A DNA stretch of 63,960 nucleotides, the filler included, from Basidiobolus ranarum (taxonomy: Eukaryota): NCBI GenBank assembly GCA_040143965.1. It is 3 parts of 3 records of this genome, joined end to end, with 100 filler letters (N's around TTAATTAATTAA, not from the genome) between each part and the next. Parts side by side here need not be neighbours in the genome. Positions count along the whole stretch, not along the records: positions 47,592 to 63,960 come from JASJQH010007219.1; 2 more parts are not named here. One strand, 5' to 3'. The translations under genes were made by a program, and so were the position numbers. Shown here in pieces: positions 47,592 through 59,057 of this stretch. The notes below the pieces were generated by a model that did not search any database, was not told the DNA's origin, and saw only the letters and a list, made by a program, of their open reading frames with translations. Position 1 is the stretch's first letter; the number at the start of each line of letters is the position of its first letter.

Positions 47592-50576
47592 TAAGTGATA
47601 TTTGACTAAGTAATGTTAACTAACTTATATGTGATATATGAAATAGTTAGGTGTATAAAGATAGAGATAACAAATATGATAATGACAATAAACTTCAACA
47701 CATTTAGCTATAATTACTCAGTTAGTACTCAACAAAATGGATCTAAACCGCCAATTGACTTACTAGAGCAGGCTTGGCAAGATTTGATATATCTTAGTAT
47801 GTGAACTAGTCAGTAGGAGAGTGTTGTATAACGAAGAATTGTGTAAAATCCGGGATTGGTTTGTCAGCATTTACAAACATATGCAAAGATCGCTAGCAAG
47901 ATTACCAAAACCATATCCGATACATGTAATTGATATACATGTAATACTGTATTTGTATCTCACTTAGCAAATCTACATCTTGTTAGAAGTACCTAGATAT
48001 TTGTATCTCATACTTAGCTAAATACTCCATAATATGTTTTGAATATATCATAAAGTAGTAGAGGAAATACTAATTTACCAATCAATGTTGGTTAGGTTAT
48101 TTCAAGATATTGTTGAGTATTTCCAGCAGTATTTCCAGCATAGATATGAATACTTGATTTCGATTATCCCCATTAATGTCGGCTCCTGCATGCATGCATG
48201 AATCCATGGTCTTCGTATAGAACAAATATTCAGAATATTCTTTTTTTACCATAGTCTTCTGATAAAGTATGGATTAAGTGTAAGCAAAGTTCATTTATTA
48301 GTGATGTTGAGTTGACGAACTGGGATGACGCTTTGATTGCAAAACCGCAAGTATTCTGCTATAGCTTCAAGTACATATATATCAACGTGAATAGCAATAT
48401 GGAAAGATGTACTTCATAGTAATCTAGTATTTCCTATGTCAACATAAACCAAGATTAATACATGCCATCCTATATCTTGATAGTATTTATTTGCCAAGTG
48501 AGAAGTAGAATGACTTATATGAGTTGATTTTTCCAAGGACAAGGTGGTATTATTACCAGCAGCTTATATCAAGAATCAGACTTGTTACGTAGCACATATC
48601 TTCCATAATTAAGAAAACTGTGTGCATTTTCGCCATAACTTTTGAGCAGTCGTTAGTGTCCGAGTCAACATTCTCCGTGAAGATGGAACGAACAAGAAAA
48701 CCTCATGAGCGACCTAAGGCCATAGTATAGTGTCAATAATACATTTTATCTTTATTAGCCGATATAGTCTCACTCTTAAGAAATAGAGGACGTACGTAAT
48801 AAAGATGATTACGAGCCATTATGCTAGTGTATATGTAGGATAGGAAAGATAATTCATACCACAAATCCCATTTACAGGTGCAAGGAAGATTGCATATGAG
48901 GATAATATGCTTCTCCATACATGGCTTAACCAGTACAACATCACGCTAACCAAATGGATGTTCCGGGTCAACCACCAGCGCTTTGTCACCTACAATTACG
49001 AATATGAAGTAATAATAGATCACAAATATCAACATGACATGACTCATCAACGTGTTACAAATTTGTAATTTCTCCGAGTACTTAAACTACCTCCTTTGTG
49101 TACAGAATACCTTCTTCATAGCGGGGCTTAAGGTGAGAACTTTTAATACCTCTGATTCTATACCCCGAATACTCGAAAGGCTACCAACACAAAATATATA
49201 TAGTAAGCCATGGTAAAGCGCCAGCCAAACTGTCGAGGATTATCTTGACTCACCCTAAGATGGATATATGCAGCAATCGACGGTACTATCAGAACAATCA
49301 AGAATGGCGTTAAAATGGGGCATCTTAAGCGAAGGAATAAAGAGCGAGTGGTGAGTCTTGTACAGCTATGGTCAAATCGGCCTAAACATGTGGTACGAAG
49401 ACCTTAAATATCCAAAGAAACACAACCACTTTCTTCCGTCTAATTATACTTGGTATCACCAGTCACCCAGTCACATCGTCGCAATGTATGAAAGGTCTCA
49501 CTTTGAGCAGTTAAAACATTATTGTTTAATATAGCAAATATATATACATACAATGTTACTGATCAATAACAATCTATTTTTTATTTAGATATTGCCTTTT
49601 CTACTTCAGTTGCTTTTACGACTGTTAAGAGACAATGCTGCGAGTCTACAAATACTTTATCTATGGCCTACCAGAGTCCAATAAGTAAGATAAAGTCGAA
49701 CTCAGTATCTATTGCTATTTTGGAGTTTACCCTACCCACTTTTTTATATGCAGCGCAGTCTTTTAGGAATTCCTCTATTTCTTTCTAGCAATAAACAGCT
49801 CAAAGTTAACTTCCTTAATATGTCCTCGGATCTTTTACTGATACCAATTCTGATTACTAAAGTTACAATTATAATGGCATATAAACTCTGGTACAACAAG
49901 CCTACTACAATGCAAGAATGATGCGCATGTAGCGAAGATGGTACTTTCGTAACTATAAAGGAAAGTGATTTCGAAATACATACCGCTAAAGGCTAATTAC
50001 CATCACTAGCTTAAACCAAGTATGCGGCACACCTCAATTGACTTTAGTTGATACCAGGATTTAACAGTGCCCACCACAATGGTACATCGAACAAAACCTC
50101 ATGCTATTAGAACGGAGCTAAGACCCAGAAGGCCCTTCATATAAACCATTTTGAGAACATGTACTCGGGTAGGTTCGTAACACCAATAATTGTTTAACGA
50201 TAAATATTCCCGAAATTGTTACTCAAGATAGCATTTAAGTACTGACTAAGGGTTGTGTAATGATTACGATGGAGGTACTACAAATATTTGTAACTCGGGT
50301 TGACTAGAGTAATAGAGTACAAATTAACGCCCGAACGAAAATCTCGGCCACGCGACTATATACAAGCATCTTTTGTGTTAACGTTGTCGATACGTATAGA
50401 TAGGAGTAGATTGTATTAGATGAGAGTAGATGTGAATGTTACTAATTGATAGCATGTAATATTAGCTGCATACTCTGATCACTAATTCGTCTTGATTGGT
50501 AATTCATTATATATGTTATATTATATAATCCTCTCGTTATTTAGTGACCTCATCGTAAGCAACACTACTCATTGTA

Positions 50577-50690
50577 GATGATTCTAGTATAAGCGGCGAT
50601 GAGGATGATTCTAGTATAAGTGGTGATAAAGATGATTCGAGTACAAACTGTGATTCTGGTATAAGTCGTCTAGTAAATGATTCCATTATA
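50577..50690 (+). repeat. Imperfect ~27-bp tandem repeat (GATGATTCTAGTATAAG core)
   Basis: Two near-perfect units GATGATTCTAGTATAAG(C/T)GG(C/T)GAT(G/A)A(G/A), followed by about three decaying GATTC.(A/G)GTA units. Confidence 0.7.
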
Positions 50691-51451
50691 GTTAGATTAA
50701 TGAGAAACAGATCACTGATAAAAATGATTGCTCAACATGTGAAAGAAATCAGAATTAGAATTAAAGATTCCACAGATAACGTTGGAAAAACTAGTGAAAG
50801 TACCTTTAATTGTGACCCTGAAGCACCAACAGTACACACGTTGCTGTGGTAAATTGGTAGGAGGGTATTGTGTAAATGAAATTCAGTGGCACAGCATCAA
50901 CGTGGGATATCAGTAGAGTTACACTAATATGTACGGTCAATCAATCAGCCCTCAGCTACTCAGTTGGTAAGTTTGTCACAGTATTTACGATTACCACAAC
51001 TACTCGGCCTGAGATAGTGGATACAGGCTACGGATACAGGTTGAAGCAACCGATCTCCAGTTAAAACCAGCTAATACCTGAACTGTGCAACAGTAAATCC
51101 AAGCCTTCACTTGTTTCCATTGCTTCCGTCTACAAGGCCAAGTGAATTGAGTAACAAATGTCAGTATTAGGACATTCTATGACAGACTTATTCCAATTCA
51201 CCCTTGACTGATACACTAGCAAAAGAGAGTGAATCAAAGTGTGGATTTTTCTGCATTTAGTCTCTCTTTACTAGTTTCCTTAATCGGCTTTCACTCGTCT
51301 TATTTTAGATACACCCCGACGGTGCCACGTCAAAACACTTATATATTTGCCATTTGGCTAATTTCCAAGACCCAACCATCCGTTCATTCTAGTTCCTTCT
51401 CAGCAAGGCCAAGTACATAAATTGCAAGCAATTCTGGCAGTTTTGACTTAG

Positions 51452-52408
51452 ATGGCTCCTTCTACATTCATTCTCTTATCCCATTATGTGGTAGGAATGT
51501 GCTTTGGGTTGACTTTAGTCATCATTGTTAACTTTGCCCTTATTCGAGGGTGGCGTACTGATGGGATTGTCTCTCACCGAATCCTCTACTTGGTGGCATT
51601 TCTCAATTGTGTGTACGCTCAAGTGAAAATCGTTCAGATGAATGGTGCACAAGACAGCAACTGTGTCATCGCCGAGAATCTTTCTTTATTCTTCTATCAT
51701 GGAAGCAACACTTTACAGTTTATCTACTATATGGTGCGATATAGGGAGGTTTATGGAGGCAAATGGTCATTGGTTTTTCCAGTCTTAGTGACCATCGCTT
51801 ATGCTATTGGTATCCCTGTGGGAATCTTACTTAATGAGACTAGTATTGCCCCGGACGGCTCATGCGCAGTGATTCATCACCAAGTCTCATCATTCCTTCC
51901 ACTGATCACCTCCTTTATTACCTCTGCCTACATGATGATCATGTTCTTAACACCGTTTATACAGCAAAGTTTAAAAACCCGGAGCGATCAAAATTCGAGA
52001 CTTATATCAGTGGCACGAAACCTATTTGTTACTAACTCCATCGCCATCACCTACAATATGTTTTTTAATATATCTCTAATTACGCCACTAGGGCAGTATG
52101 CTCCCATGCTCTCTATGATAGATTTGACTATCAATCTCCTTATGGTGTGTCTGCCGTATTTCTTGACGAGATTAAGCGCATCCCAGAGGCCTTCTATGCA
52201 ATGGAGTACCGGTCATCATTCCACAGAACCCCCAAGGGAACACAGTTCACACCGTAGTAACCATGATGATCGTGAGCCAGGTCATGCTACAAGTTTCTAC
52301 CAAGGTGGATTCCGTACACCATCTGGTCAGAAAGGCTCTAATGAGAGTAAAGAGGGGGAGATTCCACTTGTTCTAGTGGACACGAGATTCCAAATTTCCG
52401 ATTATTAG
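51452..52408 (+). CDS. Orphan seven-transmembrane, GPCR-like protein, 318 aa, intronless
   Basis: Seven hydrophobic segments; Cys at the top of TM3 (SNCVIA), Cys in the loop after TM4 (DGSCAV), 'VRY' at the TM3 cytoplasmic end, Ser/Thr-rich hydrophilic tail. Confidence 0.7.
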   Translation: MAPSTFILLSHYVVGMCFGLTLVIIVNFALIRGWRTDGIVSHRILYLVAFLNCVYAQVKIVQMNGAQDSNCVIAENLSLFFYHGSNTLQFIYYMVRYREVYGGKWSLVFPVLVTIAYAIGIPVGILLNETSIAPDGSCAVIHHQVSSFLPLITSFITSAYMMIMFLTPFIQQSLKTRSDQNSRLISVARNLFVTNSIAITYNMFFNISLITPLGQYAPMLSMIDLTINLLMVCLPYFLTRLSASQRPSMQWSTGHHSTEPPREHSSHRSNHDDREPGHATSFYQGGFRTPSGQKGSNESKEGEIPLVLVDTRFQISDY

Positions 52409-53450
52409 ATCATGTACTAGTCACACTCCCAGACACCACCCTATCACATGGTTGGATAAAGGTAATGCCGAAACCTTTGTAACATCCAGTAGTGATTGTA
52501 AACAACTTAAATGTTCTACACTATTACACCATTACACCATCACACCCCACCATACCTATTATACCTAATTCACGGCTGAAGTCACCATCTTCTGTGGATC
52601 TCACGAGATCAATAATGTAAAATTCCAATTTAATATTAGAAGTGGTTCGATGAATAAAATTCCATTATTGCGTATGGTCAATAAGCAAATGTCAGATGGG
52701 AGTACAAGGTTAGTATAATATATGGAAGAAAGGGGTAGTTGGGGAACCATTGAATACGTTCAATCAACTTCTGTACCTTCACTTGGAATTTGACATTAAC
52801 AGTGTCCGACCAATGGTTAGCTGTGGAATACATATATAGAACTTGCTGATATGAATGTAACTTACTCTCAGCCGTCATGTTTCATTTTAATTGGTGCACC
52901 AAGATATAATTAGTTAGTTCCCCAAATTAGGGATAAAAATCCGGTTCTTAGATTCTGCCAATGATGAGCCACGCTATTTCGCATAGTCGAGGGTATGATA
53001 AGTGGTAAGGTAATCAAGGTAAATATGAACGGGACGTTTCACAGTTTAATCTCAGCCCTATGACCAGTGTTAAGTCTGTGTTAAACATATGCTTTACGTA
53101 GAGTGGATTTTCTCATTACATGGGAGAAAGTTTTCGCCGCATGTTGTACAAAGCACGGGATTAATACTTGAAGGGGAATACAAATTTCGCAATAAAAAAC
53201 CATTTCTGAAATTAATTCACCAAAGTTAATTAGGATTAGGGTGTATGAAATCGATCAACCGTTTAGCTATGATGGGGATGATCAACCAATAAAATCCCAC
53301 CAATGCCGAGATTAATAAACTGGAGATTGTTGTGTTAAAAAAAAGTAAGGGATTGGGGAAGTTTAGTGAACTGGGTTAGGATTGATGTTAAGAAACTTAC
53401 TATTTTTTTAACCAACACTTAACCAAGAATTTTTGTAAGAATATTTTTTT

Positions 53451-54535
53451 ATGGAGTCGTTTGATAACAACCTAGTGGATACTACCACTGAACAAAGTAA
53501 CGATACTAGTGATATCTTACAAACCGAACATGCTTCCTTAGAGTCTACTCATTTCCCCAACTTATCTGGTCCTTTTCATGATGCAGTTGTTATTTCAGAA
53601 CATTCTTTACAGATTCCAGACTCGTCCGAGTTTATGGTAGACTCTGAATTACCTCACACCGAGACTGTAAATTATTCACTTACTCCAGTATCTAACCATG
53701 AGAACCACTCACCTACCAATGAATTTTCCACCCCGATCACTATCAAAAAGGAACGTGAAAATTCTGCCTCACTTAAACGAGAGCGTTCCGAGAATTGGCA
53801 GCATCAAGAAACCAAATTACTCCTAAAGCTATGGGAGAAATACTACGATGAGTTAAAAAAGTACAAAAGGAATTCTAATGTATGGGACAAGATGGCCCAA
53901 GAACTTCGTACCAATGGGTTTGAACGTAATGCGGCTCAGTGTAAAAGTCGAGTAAGAGTTTTAATGGCCAAATATAAAGTAAGTGGTTCTCTTTGGAAAT
54001 TTTTCTTTTTTCTACTGAATATTCACACTACTTTTTTTTTGGTTTTAAGTCTTGTTTCGTTAATGATATCGAAGATCCTGAAGCTGTAGATGGTTTTGAT
54101 TATTTTGAAGACCTCAAACGGTTAATTTCTGGTAATCTTTCGCGTGTTGTAAATACACCCAATCGTAATTCCCCTGCACATTATACTTCAACTTCTCGGA
54201 GTCATCAACACACTGGTCCTGTTGAGAATAACGGTAGAGTTAATGGCGTAGACGATGATGAGGTATTTGAGAGTAATTACAAGCGGAGCAAAGTAGCTGA
54301 GCAAATGTATGAAGTGATCCAGCATTTGATGCGACGTGACGAAAGAGAAGATAATCATCAAGAGATTGAACATCAAATTCGTAAAAAGAAGCGTCAGGAG
54401 AAGATAAACCTACGAGCAGAAAAAGAGAGACGTCGGGAAGACCGAGCCAGACTAAGAGATGAGGAGCTTAGAAAAGTGATTATGATTCAAAGTGAATTGA
54501 TGGCTTCTTTAATTGAATCTATCAAGCGGTCATAA
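53451..54535 (+). CDS. Myb/SANT-like (trihelix, GT-1-type) DNA-binding protein with C-terminal coiled coil
   Basis: Exons 53451-53978 and 54050-54535 (GTAAGT..AAG). RSENWQHQETKLLLKLW...NSNVWDKMAQEL...GFERNAAQCKSRVRVLMAKYK, then FDYFEDL; charged E/R coiled coil. Confidence 0.85.
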
Positions 54536-55058
54536 GCTCTTTCCCCGTCACTTTTCACTCTCTTTCGCAGTCCTATATCTTAGAATAGAGATTCATCGTT
54601 CGTGTTCATTTATTTCTCATTCTTCATTTTAATATAACGCTTGATTCACCATTGTTTATTTCTTCGTGGTTTCTTTACTTTATACATGTGATTTTGGTGA
54701 TACATTTCCAATTTGGATTCCTTGAACTGGCAAACGATTTTGATCGATTTCTCTTTAATAAATCATTCTTGAAGGATATCTTTGTAACTGATTGTAATGA
54801 CGCATGTAGTTAGGATGGTTTTATTATCTAATGTAAAGTACAAACAATAGAATAGAAGAGATCTAATGGGTCAAAAGCAGGCGTAGAAAAGACCTTTGAG
54901 TGAGAAAGAAAAAGGCTGTGAACGAATGAGTAGTGTGAGAGGAAAGGCACAATTGTTGTACATATATATAGTTTAGTTGTAAATGTAAATATGGACGCTT
55001 AGGGTTACATTCGCTTAGACATTACTAGCGCTGCTTGGTAGTTAAACCATGAATGCTA

Positions 55059-55975
55059 CTAATTTAGGATGAATTGTAGTGCAGCCTTTTGTACACCTAA
55101 AAATAGAAATTCTGGTTTAGACAAGTGAATCTTAGGATTAGTTTATATTCTATCTTACCTTTACCAGGATCCTTTTCATTTCTGGATGGATCGTGATTTT
55201 CTTGGTTGTCCTGTGAGCTTAGTGTGTTTTCTCCGTTATGTTGTATACAGAGTGGCGGACTTTGAGGTGGAGGAAATCGAGGACATATGCGAGAATTTCG
55301 TGAACTAGGTAAAAGCTGTCGGAAACTGGACTGTGTATTTGTGCTGGGATAATGGTTCCTTCCACTGATACACCCAATCAGTCGAGTGTATTCAGGAAAA
55401 CGATGGGGCCCACGGTTTGGTGCAATGGAGAGGATGAGGTGCGAGTCGGTCTCAGGCGGCGAAGGTGGTGGTGTTCGGTGAAATGGAGGTGAGTTAGGTA
55501 TGGAATGGTTAATTTTGAGTGGGGCTTCCTCGTTTTTTGAGTTTAGTTTTTCAAGATTCAGTGCAGATCCTTCTAGTTTGGGCCTCTTCTTTGGATAACT
55601 ATAGGGGAATTTTATAAGTAGATAATTCAAAATAGATTCTTTTTAAGAAATATAGGCAACATACTCTTCATGCTGTGCTAATGGATGATTATGATTCATA
55701 CATTTTCCTGCTTTGAATTCCCAGAGTTTACGCTTGCTTAGAAACAATACCACTCTCCAGTCGCAATTACATCGTTCGGAAACTCGATTACGTACACGAA
55801 AAGTAGTTCCTTTGTATTCAGATCGCCCCTCTCTAGAGCATACTATATAAATAGTAGAGTCTTTTGATGTTCGCCTTCGTATTCCAAAACCACAACTACG
55901 AGCCAACTGTTGGCAGTAGTCAAAAGCTTCCTTGGGACTTAGAAACTGCGTATTGAATATGTTATCAAAGTCCAT
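55059..55975 (-). CDS. FAR1/AFT-like (WRKY-GCM1 fold) zinc-ribbon DNA-binding protein without a transposase catalytic domain
   Basis: Exons 55975-55665, 55598-55159, 55096-55059. FLSPKEAFDYCQQLARSCGFGIRRRTS...IVCSREG...SERCNCDWRV...WEF...HNHPL; NLS PKKRPK; Pro-rich tail ending KAALQFILN. Confidence 0.82.
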
Positions 55976-56415
55976 ACTACTTTGTCTCCTTTCTTTCGAA
56001 ATAGGCCGAGACTTTCCAGACTTGTTTCACACACTCTTGAAATTATCAAGTGTTCAAAGTATACACACTTCAAGGCAAAGCTCCACACACTTTTTTAATT
56101 TCTGGACACAAACTTCAGTACTTCTCTAGTCAAAAATCCTCTCAAACCACGTAAATAAGGAAGATAGAAAGAGTCAAATGGAGCGTGTTGTAGCGATCTC
56201 TTGCAGGATTGATGAGATAAAACGGTGTTTGAAAGAGAAGATTTCTGAAACCAGCATCGTTAAAAGAGTTGTCATTTTTTCGTAAGAAACATTCGATACC
56301 TATGCGACCTATCATTTGCGTGAAGGAACAGTGCATCCCTCGAATTCTCGAAGAAAGGAACGAATCGGTAAAAAAAGAATTCAGAAAGTTACTGGTATAT
56401 TGGACGGCGGGCGGT

Positions 56416-56463
56416 GGATGGTCAATGGTGTATGGTGTATGGTGTATGGTCAATGGTGTATGT
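56416..56463 (+). repeat. Short heptamer tandem repeat (ATGGTGT/ATGGTCA)n
   Basis: GATGGTCAATGGTGTATGGTGTATGGTGTATGGTCAATGGTGTATG, about six units, upstream of the FAR1-like gene. Confidence 0.75.
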
Positions 56464-56974
56464 ATTAGTCACTAGTTGTCAAATGGTTGTCGCGCAGTAC
56501 GAAATAGTAACGAACGTGGATCAGCTTTCTAGTGAGTTCTTGGTAATAACCATCTTCCTACTGCAGATAATCACTCTGCTGTCTGAAACCTCAGCTGATT
56601 CCAATCACTTTTCCTTGGCTCGTCTCATCTCGGCCATCCTAGTTCTCTGTTTTGTTCTCGGAGCATTTTCCATGCTCACAAGCTGATTCGTCTTTGCGAC
56701 CGCCTCTACATGTTGATTCGTCTCAGCATATCGTCAAGACAACTGTTGATCAACACGTAAGTCTCCTTTTTGTCATTACTTAAGTTTGAATTGTCAATGG
56801 ACAAGCCAATGAACTGAATGGTCAACTCACATTCTTATCTCAATCAGCAAATTTTCTTACTCGTCTATGGAAGATTAGTTTTATTTGTGCAAACACACGT
56901 CCTTTGGCATGCAGTAATAGCGAGATTCGTTTCAAAAGGATAAGATTAAAAAAGGCGGATAAGTCTATTAACAT

Positions 56975-58554
56975 TTAAGGATGTTCAGAGTCAAACTCTG
57001 GCTCACTAGAGGCTTCACTCGTGTCCATAGTATTGTAATCTGAGGTGTCACCGTTACCAATCCCATTCCCATGCTGGGACCAATCTTGATCAAAATCCAT
57101 TCCATTCTCTATGAGGGTTGCATTTGAGGAATGAGTGACGGTTGGGGCATCTCCTGGTTCAGGTGAAGTCACGGTACCATCAGCATTGAATATACTGCCA
57201 ATGGTTAATTCCATTTCCTCCTCATCTCTCAGCACTTTGATGGTCTTGGTGTTGTAAGAGTTGCAGCTAGCGCATTTGTGGTATAGAAAGTGATATTTGG
57301 CGACACTCTTCTTTTCGCAGTCGTTGCATAGAATGACGGAGCGATAGTGCTCATACTGAGGGGGCATTTGTTGTGATTCCATCAACGCGTCTAAGCTCTG
57401 GAAGTACTGAGTCATGTCGGCGAGGGATTTCAAGCAAGTGGGACACTGATAAGAGGTGCGCACGTATCTCCGGTGACACACATAGTGTATGCAATGTCCA
57501 CAAGGCATAAAGATAACCGTGGTAGTGGATGTAAACATGTATTCTCCACAAATAGGGCAATCACTTTCCAAGTTTCTTTCGATACATTTGTGTCTATTCC
57601 TCAACGATATGGCCATACAAACATTACACTTTTTACAATGGAAATAGTCTTTATCCAATCCCTGACCAACCCTACAGATTCCACAGTCCGGACAATGGTA
57701 GATGCTTTTGAACGGTGTATCGTCCCACAGCACACATTCCGAGCAGAAGTACCTGGCCATTTCCTTACCACAGCCCTCGTTGATACAGCGTTGTGAAGCT
57801 GGCTGTACGGTTTGACAGAACATACACATCATGGTTTTGGTCTCTTTTCTAAAGAACCAATTAGCCTAGGGTTTAGAGCTTTTAGAGCCAGGATATTATT
57901 ACCTAACAATTTGATGATCCGACACATCATTATGACAAAATCTACAAGTAAACCAACCACCACAGCAATTTGCCTTTAGTTTATTGTTTCGGCTGTAATG
58001 TTTGCAACCTAAAATCAATTTTTCTTCCTCCTAAATATCCAATCAGTATCCATTTAAGCAGAGGGTGTTGAATGGACTATACTTACGTGATAGGTGACTT
58101 TCAAGTCCTCTTCTGATAGTTCGTCGTTCGTTTTCTTACCAGTCGCGACTGGTTGTTTCTTTTTCCATTCCGAAGTCATAAGTTCCTATTTATATTAAAA
58201 AAAAATCAAAAAAGTTAACCACAATCCAACCATTCCCAAGTTATTACGTTACAAGGAAGTATGACATTAGAGAGGTATAAAGAAACTTCCTAAGCTGAGT
58301 TTTATTGAAGGTGAATTTACCTGAATTTTTCTAGCCTTTAAAGGAGCAGGTATATCCGGATCGCTAGTGATACTCATAATTAGTTTTCGCATTTCTTGTT
58401 GTTTACCCACATCCACTTGAGGCAAACTAGATTCCACTTGAACATTCTCGTTTTCCGTTTCAAAGTCGTCGGAAAGTTCCTCGAACTCGTCCGAGTCTGA
58501 CAACAAAGGACCGTTAGTGGTGTTAAAATTAGGAATATTTTCCTCTCTTGACAT
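56975..58554 (-). CDS. Pirh2/RCHY1-like CHY zinc finger + RING-H2 E3 ubiquitin ligase
   Basis: Exons 58554-58321, 58185-58087, 58030-57903, 57848-56975. LGCKHYSRNNKLKANCCGGWFTCRFCHND, YHCPDCGICRVG, RING CPICGEYMF...PCGHCIH...CPTC, C-terminal ILCNDC...HKCASCNSYNT. Confidence 0.93.
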
Positions 58555-59057
58555 TCTATTGTTATGTAAAAGTACTGTCAAACGTTCAACTCCAAGAAAA
58601 CTATATTTTATTAGAATAACATAATAATAAATCTCAATAATCCTCTAATTCTATCTTTATTGGTTGAAATCTACTGATTTTTACTCAATATGGAAAAGAT
58701 TTTTTTATACTTTTCTTTACGGGATCAGGGTGGATTCAAAATTCGAATAAAATCAAGGGTTAGGGTTGTCTAACGGTTCATGTTTATATATATGTAAGAG
58801 AGTTGAGGTCAAGGGCAAGGGCAAGAGAGAACACCACGCGAGAAAGCATTGACAAAGCAAATTACACTCCACCACCAGTGATATACATTTACATACAAGG
58901 TGTAAAAGTCAAAGAAGGATATTCATTGAGGGACGGTGTTAGTTTACAAACAATTCGAATGGAATTTTCTGAAAATAAGTGGAGTTTGATGGGGGGATGG
59001 GGTAAGGAGTGTTAAGAAAGGTATCAATGGAAACATTTAAAGAGGATATGTTGAACA

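Noticed and set aside
47918..48140. Short direct duplications (GATACATGTAAT-like x2, TATTTGTATCTCA x2, AGTATTTCCAGC x2)
   Set aside because: Local slippage duplications without regular repeat-spacer periodicity; not CRISPR-like.
49261..49410. 'YAAIDGTIRTI' resembling the Harbinger transposase IDGT motif
   Set aside because: The frame is closed by a stop five codons upstream, no further DDE motifs follow, and no TIRs are visible.
52927..58767. Scattered TTAGGG hexamers (52927, 53236, 54999, 58756-58767)
   Set aside because: At most two tandem units; not a telomere or interstitial telomeric array. They could be Tbf1/telobox-type sites but this cannot be supported here.
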